Made by a program: the position numbers and the translations under genes
Shown: piece by piece, positions 1 to 8,328 of the stretch
Position numbering within the stretch: the stretch's first letter is position 1
Layout of the letters: each line of letters opens with the position of its first letter
Source of the DNA: Candidatus Enterousia sp.
Lineage (GTDB): Bacteria; Pseudomonadota; Alphaproteobacteria; Rs-D84
Assembly (NCBI GenBank): GCA_045133095.1
Contig: JBGUTP010000007.1
Location: forward strand, 75,167-139,166
Length of the DNA stretch: 64,000 bases
Direction of reading: 5' to 3'
The notes under the pieces: model-generated
Databases searched by the model: none
What the model was told of the DNA's origin: nothing
Seen by the model: only the letters and a program-made list of their open reading frames with translations

Positions 1-391
1 ATTCTTTTAACATACGCAAATAAGATTCCGCGATATAATACATAATATTCAGTATAAATTCTTCACGCGAAGTTTTTTCCGACTTTTTTATTTTATCCAA
101 CAAATCGCATCTTTTACGGCAAACCGTAATTACCCGATTCGCAGACATAATAATTGACAGCGGTTCCGTATGCCACAGTGTATCTGTTTCACGATTAATA
201 ATTGGGAATCGAACAATTATAACCTTATAATCTTCTTCTACTTCCAGGCGTGGCTGTTCATCAGGGTCCAAAATATCCGATATTGTATCTTCATCTATTT
301 TATATTCAGTCTGCAGTTTTTCAAAATCTTCATGATCTGGGTTTCCGACATTAACCCACGAGAATGTCTTTAATTTTTCCGTCACAAACAC
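1..391 (-). CDS. corA: Mg2+/Co2+ transporter CorA, N-terminal part (gene runs off window start; GTG start)
   Basis: Minus-strand translation from GTG (revcomp of cac at 389-391; AAGGAG 6 nt upstream) gives MFVTEKLKTFSWVNVGNPDHEDFEKLQTEYKIDEDTISDILDPDEQPRLEVEEDYKVIIVRFP.... This matches the CorA N-terminal pattern (W-x-x-L-x-NP...IHPL..ED.....RPK.E.Y.D.LF.VL). The frame is open to position 1. Confidence 0.6.
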   Translation of the reverse strand, partial: MFVTEKLKTFSWVNVGNPDHEDFEKLQTEYKIDEDTISDILDPDEQPRLEVEEDYKVIIVRFPIINRETDTLWHTEPLSIIMSANRVITVCRKRCDLLDKIKKSEKTSREEFILNIMYYIAESYLRMLKE

Positions 392-528
392 AGCATTCTC
401 CTTTTTATTCAGTTGCGACAATATTATCGCATTTTTTTATATTTTGCAATAAATTCCTGGGAATAAGAAACTGTATTTCAACCCCACCGAACATGATAAC
501 ATCAGCATTAAGAACAAAAGGTCCCCCA

Positions 529-984
529 ATGGCAAAAGAATATAAAGTCAACACCAACACATTCAGCATAGCCCACTATATTTTATTATTTTTGGTAACG
601 ATTTTATGCATTGGCATAATATCTTGGGTGATGATACGCCGCAATAATCCTGCACCACAAAACAACATTCAAACAATCGGCACATACGCCCACCAAACAG
701 ACCCATGCGTACATCGCATAACAAACACAGTCGCAAAAATGTGGGCATATAACCCTGACATGATACCCGAAAGATATTGGGACATTGCCATGCAGTATCT
801 TGACGAAACGATAACAACGCGCACCTATGGCTTGTGCCAAGACGTTGCCTTTACCTGTCGCCCGGGTCAGCGTCGTCGCGACTGCGACCCATGTGCGGTA
901 CCATCTGCGCGTGCATACGCCCAGGCACGTCAAACCGCCGACCTGATTCAACAGCACTGCCCCACGTCGCACCAATCAGATTAA
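529..984 (+). CDS. hypothetical membrane-anchored protein with 6 Cys in a periplasmic domain
   Basis: Internal ATG at 529 preceded by AAAGG. One hydrophobic helix (FSIAHYILLFLVTILCIGIISWVMI) is followed by a Cys-containing domain. No recognisable family. Confidence 0.35.
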   Translation: MAKEYKVNTNTFSIAHYILLFLVTILCIGIISWVMIRRNNPAPQNNIQTIGTYAHQTDPCVHRITNTVAKMWAYNPDMIPERYWDIAMQYLDETITTRTYGLCQDVAFTCRPGQRRRDCDPCAVPSARAYAQARQTADLIQQHCPTSHQSD

Positions 985-1125
985 ATTTTATCGGCATACG
1001 GCAATGATTTGATATAGTTTTCCATATATGCCCAATCGGGGTTGCCATCTTTGTCAACAGGAAGTTTGATAACAGTTTCCGATAATGTTTTTTTCTTTTT
1101 CTGCCAAACGAATATTTAGGACGCC

Positions 1126-1914
1126 CTAGCGTCGCACACCCACATTTGACAACAGCGACATAAAAACATTTTTTAATTTTTGAACATACAATGGCGCATC
1201 CGTCCCGGTTAAAATTCTGCGCAGTTTTTCTTGATGTTCCGGGCAAAGCACCAAACACCCCGTATCAATACCATATCGATGCGCGCACCAATTTTTAAAC
1301 ACCAACTGCTTGTTATACAATTCTTCACGTTGCACCGATACCAGGCCTGGATTATTATGATTTACGACAAATTCATAAACATCTTTTGGATGAAAATTAA
1401 ACCCAACCCCCAACAGATAGGACAGCACAAATCCCCAATGTCGATACATATCAAAATGCTTATTTAACCCAAGCACCGCCCCTGGATTTAATGCCCACAC
1501 ATACTGCGCATAATAATAAGACACCCTTGCCGCATCATCATAAATCTTGTTAAGGTGCTGACGCCTGTTCGGCTTTACATCCAATCCCGACACCGCCAAT
1601 TTATAAAAATATTCTAATTGATACGCATCAAACACCACCCTGTCTGTTGACAGGGCCTGTGGCAAATTATATTCATATGCAAAACGATAATTTGTTTTAA
1701 AGCCCTTGTGTTTTAATTGCTCGTCCAAATATTTCGCACTTGATTTGATATCGGCATACAGTTCTATCTTTTTCTGCGCATAGTCACGTGGTGTCATTTT
1801 CAACAAATCCACATTCTTGTTTTTCGCCAAGCACGATTTAACATCGTACTCTACCACCTGTGCTACTGCTTGAATTAAGTCCTGTACTGTAAAAAAATCA
1901 CCATTTTGAATCAT
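1126..1914 (-). CDS. hypothetical protein (262 aa)
   Basis: The ORF-track entry 1126..2151 reads through the tRNA region. The first plausible start is MIQNGDFF at 1914. No family recognised. Confidence 0.5.
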   Translation of the reverse strand: MIQNGDFFTVQDLIQAVAQVVEYDVKSCLAKNKNVDLLKMTPRDYAQKKIELYADIKSSAKYLDEQLKHKGFKTNYRFAYEYNLPQALSTDRVVFDAYQLEYFYKLAVSGLDVKPNRRQHLNKIYDDAARVSYYYAQYVWALNPGAVLGLNKHFDMYRHWGFVLSYLLGVGFNFHPKDVYEFVVNHNNPGLVSVQREELYNKQLVFKNWCAHRYGIDTGCLVLCPEHQEKLRRILTGTDAPLYVQKLKNVFMSLLSNVGVRR

Positions 1915-1937
1915 GACGCAAACCCGTCTTAAATTTA

Positions 1938-1956
1938 TGGTCGGGGTGACAGGATT
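1938..1956 (-). repeat. exact 19-bp direct repeat of the tRNA-Pro 3' end (tggtcggggtgacaggatt); att-like partial tRNA copy
   Basis: Identical 19-mer at 1938-1956 and 2103-2121. The identity extends 4 nt further into the trailer (ttta). Confidence 0.75.
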
Positions 1957-2102
1957 GTAATTCCCATCTGTGGCACATTGCCACGATGGGCGCCCTTTCG
2001 CCCTGCGGGCTCGAACCTGACATTGTTCACACAATGTAAGCCACCGAACCGTTATACCCACTGATAAAAATAAAATGGCTCTACGCCCCATATTTATTTT
2101 TA
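1957..2102 (-). other. tRNA-linked ~146-bp structured element, copy A (homologous to 24953-25080)
   Basis: It lies between tRNA-Pro and its 3'-end repeat. It shares ordered blocks with copy B: TTTATTTTTATC, GGTTCGG, GAAAGGG(C)GCCCAT and ATGGGAAT. A hairpin CCCATC...GATGGG covaries with CCCATG...CATGGG in copy B. Confidence 0.45.
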
Positions 2103-2179
2103 TGGTCGGGGTGACAGGATTCGAACCTGCGACCCCTTGCACCCCATGCAAGTACTCTACCAGGCTGAGCTACACCCCG
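2103..2179 (-). tRNA. tRNA-Pro (anticodon GGG)
   Basis: Revcomp folds as a canonical 77-nt tRNA: acceptor CGGGGTG/CACCCCG, anticodon loop AUGGGGU, T-loop GGTTCGAAT, encoded CCA. Confidence 0.85.
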
Positions 2180-2325
2180 AACAACGAACCGATATTAAAT
2201 CACATACGCAAAAAATACAAATACTTTTTTTGGGAAAACACACGTATTGTGACCCCGACTGCATCCATGTATTATATTTCATGTCCGGACACAACATAAT
2301 AACAATAACAACAAAGGAAACAAAC

Positions 2326-2433
2326 ATGTCTAAATCAGAAAGCAAAAACGGCAAATGTAAAAACTGTTCACAAACCCACGACACCGGTTGTAACAAGAAA
2401 CCAGAATGCGACAAAAAGACCTGCGACAAGTAA
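2326..2433 (+). CDS. small cysteine-rich peptide (35 aa, MSKSESKNGKCKNCSQTHDTGCNKKPECDKKTCDK)
   Basis: ATG at 2326 preceded by AAAGGAAACAAAC, followed directly by a hairpin terminator. The reading frame is entirely Lys/Cys rich. Confidence 0.35.
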   Translation: MSKSESKNGKCKNCSQTHDTGCNKKPECDKKTCDK

Positions 2434-2437
2434 ACAC

Positions 2438-2460
2438 AACCGCCCTTTTGGGCGGTTTAC
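2438..2460 (+). terminator. rho-independent terminator (accgccc-tttt-gggcggt)
   Basis: GC stem and loop followed by a T-rich stretch, directly after the stop of the 35-aa ORF. Confidence 0.5.
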
Positions 2461-2545
2461 ACATTCTATGAATTTTATGCTTGCACGAATCGGATAAATA
2501 TTATTAGTATTCCTTATCGACACACACCAAACAGGGAGTTTATCC

Positions 2546-2923
2546 GTGATTATCGGCACAGGAATAGATTTGGTTGAATGCGGCCGTTTCTTAGATTGGT
2601 CTGCATTTAAAAAACAACGTATTTTTACCAAAAAAGAACTAGAATACGCGGACAACGACAACGCCAATTCTGAAAAACATCTGGCAAACTTTTGGGCTGC
2701 ACGCGAAGCGTTTCTCAAAGCCATCGGCACCGGCTTTGGTGACGACATCGCATTTTCTGACGTATCCGTAACCCATAATGATGCCGGTCGCCCAGAATTA
2801 TTAATTACTGGCGGTGCTAAATCCGCACTCAAGGAAATTGCTGGTGGCGATGCATGCATCCACCTGTCAATAACCGACCAATCTGATTATTGTGCCGCCA
2901 TGGTAATAATTGAAACGAAATAA
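2546..2923 (+). CDS. acpS: holo-[acyl-carrier-protein] synthase (4'-phosphopantetheinyl transferase)
   Basis: GTG start with AGGGAG RBS. MIIGTGIDLVEC...FAAREAFLKA is the AcpS signature. Confidence 0.8.
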   Translation: MIIGTGIDLVECGRFLDWSAFKKQRIFTKKELEYADNDNANSEKHLANFWAAREAFLKAIGTGFGDDIAFSDVSVTHNDAGRPELLITGGAKSALKEIAGGDACIHLSITDQSDYCAAMVIIETK

Positions 2924-2948
2924 AAAACCGCCAATGGCGGTTTTTTTA
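2923..2948. terminator. bidirectional terminator aaaaaaccgccaatggcggttttttt
   Basis: Perfect hairpin flanked by A-run and T-run between convergent acpS and carD. Confidence 0.7.
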
Positions 2949-3506
2949 TGATTCTTCGTCTTCGATATCGTCATCATCACCATCAACAGCGTTCAAATCG
3001 ATTTCTTTTGGAATACCCAAAATATCTTCAATTTTATCTGATGCAGTTTCTAAATCCACCTTATGCAATACGGCAAATTCTTGTGCCATACGCTCTAAGG
3101 CCCTGATATACAGTTGACGCGCCGAAAAAGTCATTGTATCTGCGGCACTGCGACGTTGCAAATCACGCACAACCTCTGCCAACTTCATTGGGTCGCCGGA
3201 ATTAATATTTTCTTCATATTGTGCGGCACGACGCGCCCAAATCATGCGTTTTGCCCCCGCCTTTCCTTTGGCAGACGCAATTGCTTCGTCCATTTTCTTG
3301 GCGGTTGTCAACGGTCTTAACCCGGACATTTCTGCTCTTTCCAACGGAACGCGCAAAGTCATGTGATTGCGTTCAAACTCAATCACCATCATTTTAATTT
3401 TCTGACCTGCGACAACTTGTTCGTCTATGCGCAACAACTTACCAACACCTTGTGTTGGATAAACGACATACTGTCCTGCTTTAAAATCTAATTTTTTACT
3501 TGGCAT
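2946..3506 (-). CDS. carD: CarD-family transcriptional regulator (CdnL-like, RNAP-interacting)
   Basis: N-terminal MPSKKLDFKAGQYVVYPTQGVGKL... TRCF-RID-like domain with an acidic C-tail. Confidence 0.85.
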   Translation of the reverse strand: MPSKKLDFKAGQYVVYPTQGVGKLLRIDEQVVAGQKIKMMVIEFERNHMTLRVPLERAEMSGLRPLTTAKKMDEAIASAKGKAGAKRMIWARRAAQYEENINSGDPMKLAEVVRDLQRRSAADTMTFSARQLYIRALERMAQEFAVLHKVDLETASDKIEDILGIPKEIDLNAVDGDDDDIEDEES

Positions 3507-3620
3507 TATGGATACCCTTTACGGTTGCCATTCTCTCTGTACTGCACATTATATCATAAAAAAAGCAGAAAAACAAATCACAGTCAAAAAAAATAACCCC
3601 GACCACAATCGGGGCTAAAA

Positions 3621-4163
3621 CTATCTTGTGATACGTCGCATAGTACCAGTTCTGCGCACACCAGATGCACGACTTGCCTCTGACGTTCCTGTCTGAACCG
3701 CGCACACCCAGTTACCATTCTTTAACACTGCTGTTTCCCCAGACGGACACTCTGGCTTTTCCAGACGCCACGCGAAACAACTGCCCTTTTGGTAAGATTG
3801 ATACGCGACGCTATCACCGCTGCGGGTATAGGCGCCATACTCTGGGTTCCATTCTCCTGCAACTTCACCGCCGCACCATTTTCTTTGCCCCCAGCATTCT
3901 ACACAATTATTATTAGCGTCACACAATTCCATTGCCGCAGGCGTTGCCTGATAACCACTGTTTGGCTTATCGCCATTACCCATTTTCTTACCAGTCTCCA
4001 GGTCTCGGCACCATAACTTTTGACATTCAGCGGACGCAATACCATCTATTTTCTTGCGTGATTCAACCAAGACATACCCCGCCCCACAGGATGTAAATGC
4101 CGCATTTGCCGCATCTGCACAAAACAGGGTCAGTAAAACAAAAAATAAATTTCTTTTTCTCAT
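3621..4163 (-). CDS. secreted cysteine-rich protein (signal peptide, about 12 Cys)
   Basis: N-terminal signal MRKRNLFFVLLTLFCADAANA. The Cys pattern resembles the 295-aa protein at 37844-38731. Confidence 0.55.
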   Translation of the reverse strand: MRKRNLFFVLLTLFCADAANAAFTSCGAGYVLVESRKKIDGIASAECQKLWCRDLETGKKMGNGDKPNSGYQATPAAMELCDANNNCVECWGQRKWCGGEVAGEWNPEYGAYTRSGDSVAYQSYQKGSCFAWRLEKPECPSGETAVLKNGNWVCAVQTGTSEASRASGVRRTGTMRRITR

Positions 4164-4231
4164 GCTTTACATTTTACATTATTTACAGTTATTTAACAAG
4201 TCAAAAAAATGCGCCAAATGGCGCATTTTAT

Positions 4232-4663
4232 TTACTGTCCCAAACCTGCGGGACTAAAGCGTCCTATGTTATTAAACAGTTCTTCTATTGCATTCAATTC
4301 GATTGCAGCAGGAATTTCTGTTTCACCTTCAATCGGTTTTACATCAGGCAAATCTTCATCACACAAAACCTTGGTTCTCAGGACTTTATTTCCCTTAACC
4401 CACGCCAACAGCACTGTTTCATTGGTAAACGTTGGCGCCAACGGCCCCCGATAATTTTCGTCTGCACCAAAATAAATCCAAACTTCATCACCATAGACAG
4501 TCTTTACCTGTGGCGCGCCAATTTTATCAATCAGCGCACTTGTCGTTTTAACATCTGCGACCTGCTCTTTCAGGTCATCTGGGAAAACATATCCACGATG
4601 TTTGGTTTGAAAGGTACACGCCCCCAACCCCAGCACAACCAATCCCAACAGTATTTTTTTCAT
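4232..4663 (-). CDS. outer-membrane lipoprotein, BamE/SmpA-OmlA-like
   Basis: Lipobox LGLGAC after the signal, then a ...VWIYFGAD... motif. GGAG lies 10 nt upstream of the ATG at 4663. Confidence 0.45.
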   Translation of the reverse strand: MKKILLGLVVLGLGACTFQTKHRGYVFPDDLKEQVADVKTTSALIDKIGAPQVKTVYGDEVWIYFGADENYRGPLAPTFTNETVLLAWVKGNKVLRTKVLCDEDLPDVKPIEGETEIPAAIELNAIEELFNNIGRFSPAGLGQ

Positions 4664-4664
4664 C

Positions 4665-7600
4665 CTAGCCTTCTCCATTTTCCTTAACCTGTGGCTTATT
4701 CAGCATTGCAAACTGTGCGATATGCTTTTTCAGTTCACTCTTGTACGCATTATTAGCCTTGGCTAAATCAACCAATTTATTAAATTGTGGATTTGCCGCC
4801 CTTGCTGCACCAAATCTGCTTTCTGTTTTCAAGAAATCTTCCAACGGCAATGGATTATCAACACTTGAATCCATACTTAACGGATTACGTCCTTCGGCAA
4901 TCAAACGCGGGTCGAATCGGAACAACGGCCATGCCCCGGTCTGAACCATCTGCATTTGATGTTCTGGTCCATTTTGCAATGCAAAACCATGCGCAATGCA
5001 CGGTGCATACGCCAAAATAATTGACGGACCGTTATAAGAAGCCGCTTCACGGAACGCACGAATCGCCTGTACCTGATTAGCCCCCATTGCGATTTGTGCG
5101 ACATACGCCCCACTCATCATTGCAATCATTCCCAAATCTTTTTTCGCATGTTCCTTGCCACCAATTGCGAATTTCATACTTGCGCCAAATGGCGTAGATT
5201 TTGATTGTTGTCCACCTGTATTTGAATATCCTTCGGTATCCAACACCAAAATATTGACATTTTCGCCACTATGCAATATATGGTCAACACCGCCATATCC
5301 AATATCATACGCCCATCCGTCACCACCGATCATCCACACAGACTTATCGACGATTTCCCCCACCAGGCTTTCTGCCAATCGCGCACGCGGACCATCAATA
5401 CCCGCCAATTGCGCACGCAGTTTTGTTTCTATTTCGCGTTGCTTGACCGAATCGGTTTCATCGAACAAATCCTCGACATTTTCGATTCCCAATTCAAACA
5501 ACAACGCCTTTAAGTTATCACGCTTTTGATTTAACGCCAACCGCATTCCTAATCCGTACTCTGCATTATCCTCAAACAGCGAATTAGACCATGCTGGCCC
5601 ACGTCCATTTACATCCTTGGTCCACGGTGTTGTTGGCAAATTAGCCCCATAAATTGACGAACACCCTGTTGCATTTGCCACCACCATACGTTCCCCGAAC
5701 AGGTGCGACAACAACTTAACATATGGCGTTTCACCACATCCCGCACACGCCCCTGGGAATTCGAAATAATGCGGCAGTAATTCAACATGCTTTGGTATGT
5801 TTAGATTTAATTTTTCGCGTGCTATATCAGGCAATTTTTCTGCTGCATTAAACGCCGCTTGATTATCCGCCATAACATCACGTGCTGGCACCATTGACAA
5901 AGCCCCAACCGGACAGTGCTTTACACAGATATTGCATCCCGTACAATCCGCTGGCGATATATTAATTGTAAAATACATATCAGGTCCCAACTCAGGCGTT
6001 TTCATTGACACAACTTTAATTCCCTTGGCACGCGCATCTTCGACTTGGTCTGCGGTCAAAGCCTTAATTCTAATAACGGCATGTGGACACAGCATAGAAC
6101 ACTTTCCGCACTGGATACATTTATCGATATCAACTGTTGCCACCTTATCAGACACCGCGCGTTTTTCGTACTTAGACGTTCCAACTGGATATTGTCCTGC
6201 GCCAAATTCACCATCAACACGGAACCGCGACACAGGAATCGCATCGCCACGCTGCGCCGCCATTTCCCCCAGGGTCCCCGCAATCTGTGCGGGTGTATCC
6301 AACGTCATAGCCGGCACAAAATCTGGCGCAAAATTAGACACTGATGACGGCATATTATACTTATGCAAATACTCTGCCGCCTTATCAACCGCCGCCCAGT
6401 TTGCCTCAACAACATCCATTCCTTTTTTCTTATACGTTTTTTCGATTGCGACCTTTGCGCTTTTTGCTGCTTGTTTCGGGTCAATAACCTGTGTTAAATT
6501 AAAGAAATTCAACATAATAAAGGTATTGATACGATTTCCCAATCCCAACTCTGCCGCCGCCCTATTTGCATCCAAGAAATAAACATTTGCACGAATTCTG
6601 ATAAGATGTTCCTGTGTATCGCGCGGCAAATTTGCGAACGCAACATCTGGTGCCATCGACGTATTAATCATAACAGTACCACCCGCACGCAGTCCACGGA
6701 ACACATCAAATCGTTGTGCAATCATAAAATTAGAGACACTAATAAAATCAGCCACTTCGATTAAATACTGACTTTTTATTGGCGCATCAGAAAATCTTAT
6801 ATGCGACGCAGTCAACCCACCAGACTTCTTAGAATCATATACCGCATACGACTGTGGATATAAATCTGAATTTTCCCCGACAATTTTAACGATATTTTTA
6901 ACCGCCCCGACGGTACCATCGCTGCCAATACCATACAGAACAGCCGTCTTAAAATTCGGGTCTTCAACTGCAAACGCCGGGTCTATTTTCAAAGACAGCC
7001 CCATCAAATCGTCATCAATACCTACTGTGAAATTATGATGTAACGTTCCACGCATCAAGTTTTCATAAATCGCCTTAACATCACGTGGCTTAAATTCTTT
7101 TGACCCCAGTCCATAACGTCCACCGAAAACCAAGGCCTTATCACCAACCACAGATTTAACATCCTGGAACAAAGGCTCACCAATACTGCCAGGTTCTTTT
7201 GTTCTGTCTAAAACCGCAATTCTTTTTACTGTTTTTGGCAACGCCGCCAAGAACGCCTGAACTGGGAACGGGCGATACAAATGCACCTTTACCAATCCCA
7301 ACCCTGCGGGCAAATGTGCCAAGGTTTCTTCTATGGTATCAACCGCACTTCCCATTGCGACAATTACATTTTCTGCATTTTCATCCCCGACATAATCAAC
7401 CAAGTTATATTTTCGTCCGGTCAATTTGGCAAATTCATCCATACAGTCCTGAACGATTTCGGGTGTTTTATCATACAAAGGATTTGCCGCTTCGCGTCCT
7501 TGGAAATAAACATCAGGGTTTTGGGCGGTTCCACGAATTGTTGGTTTATCAGGCGTCATTCCACGCGCCCGATTTTCCAAGACCAAATTATCCGGAATTA

Positions 7601-8174
7601 ATTTCTTCAGCACATCATCATCGATTCGGATTAAGCGCGATTCTTCATGACTGGTGCGGAACCCATCAAAGAAATGCAGGAACGGCACACGCGCACGAAT
7701 TGTTGCGGCATGTGCAATCGCCGCCATATCATGCGCCTGTTGCACGTTATGCGACGACAACATTGCAAACCCAGTCGAACGCACAGACATAACGTCACTG
7801 TGGTCACCAAAGATAGACAACGCATGTGTCGCCAGCGCACGCGCCGCAACATGCATTACAAACGGCGTTTGTTCTCCGGCAATTTTATACATATTCGGAA
7901 TCATCAGCAACAGCCCCTGCGACGCGGTAAAAGTTGTCGCCAACGCCCCCATCTGCAACGCGCCATGCATTGCGCCCGCGGCACCGGCTTCTGATTGCAT
8001 TTCGATAATCTGTGGAATTGCACCCCAAATATTCTTTTTATGCTGAAAAGACCATTCATCTGCCAATTCGCCCATGGTACTACTTGGTGTAATTGGATAA
8101 ATAGCCGCAAAATCAACGCATCTATACGCGACGTCTGCCGCCGCCCAGTTTCCATCAACAATTAATTTAGACAT
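4665..8174 (-). CDS. nifJ: pyruvate:ferredoxin (flavodoxin) oxidoreductase, single-polypeptide PFOR
   Basis: 1169 aa. It has the N-terminal PFOR domain I, two 4Fe-4S ferredoxin motifs (CIQCGKCSMLCP, CTGCNICVKHCP) and a TPP-binding GDGW motif. Confidence 0.9.
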   Translation of the reverse strand: MSKLIVDGNWAAADVAYRCVDFAAIYPITPSSTMGELADEWSFQHKKNIWGAIPQIIEMQSEAGAAGAMHGALQMGALATTFTASQGLLLMIPNMYKIAGEQTPFVMHVAARALATHALSIFGDHSDVMSVRSTGFAMLSSHNVQQAHDMAAIAHAATIRARVPFLHFFDGFRTSHEESRLIRIDDDVLKKLIPDNLVLENRARGMTPDKPTIRGTAQNPDVYFQGREAANPLYDKTPEIVQDCMDEFAKLTGRKYNLVDYVGDENAENVIVAMGSAVDTIEETLAHLPAGLGLVKVHLYRPFPVQAFLAALPKTVKRIAVLDRTKEPGSIGEPLFQDVKSVVGDKALVFGGRYGLGSKEFKPRDVKAIYENLMRGTLHHNFTVGIDDDLMGLSLKIDPAFAVEDPNFKTAVLYGIGSDGTVGAVKNIVKIVGENSDLYPQSYAVYDSKKSGGLTASHIRFSDAPIKSQYLIEVADFISVSNFMIAQRFDVFRGLRAGGTVMINTSMAPDVAFANLPRDTQEHLIRIRANVYFLDANRAAAELGLGNRINTFIMLNFFNLTQVIDPKQAAKSAKVAIEKTYKKKGMDVVEANWAAVDKAAEYLHKYNMPSSVSNFAPDFVPAMTLDTPAQIAGTLGEMAAQRGDAIPVSRFRVDGEFGAGQYPVGTSKYEKRAVSDKVATVDIDKCIQCGKCSMLCPHAVIRIKALTADQVEDARAKGIKVVSMKTPELGPDMYFTINISPADCTGCNICVKHCPVGALSMVPARDVMADNQAAFNAAEKLPDIAREKLNLNIPKHVELLPHYFEFPGACAGCGETPYVKLLSHLFGERMVVANATGCSSIYGANLPTTPWTKDVNGRGPAWSNSLFEDNAEYGLGMRLALNQKRDNLKALLFELGIENVEDLFDETDSVKQREIETKLRAQLAGIDGPRARLAESLVGEIVDKSVWMIGGDGWAYDIGYGGVDHILHSGENVNILVLDTEGYSNTGGQQSKSTPFGASMKFAIGGKEHAKKDLGMIAMMSGAYVAQIAMGANQVQAIRAFREAASYNGPSIILAYAPCIAHGFALQNGPEHQMQMVQTGAWPLFRFDPRLIAEGRNPLSMDSSVDNPLPLEDFLKTESRFGAARAANPQFNKLVDLAKANNAYKSELKKHIAQFAMLNKPQVKENGEG

Positions 8175-8265
8175 AATAAAATTTCCTTCTTACTTACTAT
8201 ATGGACATTGTCTAAATAATACCCCTAAAATTCCCCTGTGGCAAGAGTTATAAATATTTTTTATA

Positions 8266-8293
8266 TTGACAAATTATTATTTTGTGATATACA
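8266..8293 (+). promoter_or_regulatory. sigma70-like promoter (TTGACA-16-TATACA) upstream of the clpP-like gene
   Basis: -35 at 8266-8271, -10 at 8288-8293. Confidence 0.35.
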
Positions 8294-8328
8294 TTTGTCA
8301 ACAACCTATAAATCAAGGATTAAAACCA

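Noticed and set aside
170-373. 67-aa plus-strand ORF in the first 400 bp
   Set aside because: It is antisense to a much better minus-strand frame with a clear CorA N-terminal signature and an AAGGAG-GTG start. The composition is low-complexity (IIFFYF).
1957-2102. Possibility that the insert downstream of tRNA-Pro is the acceptor piece of a permuted two-piece tmRNA
   Set aside because: Its 3' terminus is identical to tRNA-Pro (caccccgacca) and lacks a G3:U70 alanine-identity acceptor. No tag-peptide reading frame or pseudoknot-like downstream region is present. The sequence runs straight into a protein-coding gene.
4097-4687. 196-aa plus-strand ORF
   Set aside because: Antisense to the BamE-like lipoprotein gene and the PFOR 3' end. 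Phe/Asn-rich with low complexity. No RBS.
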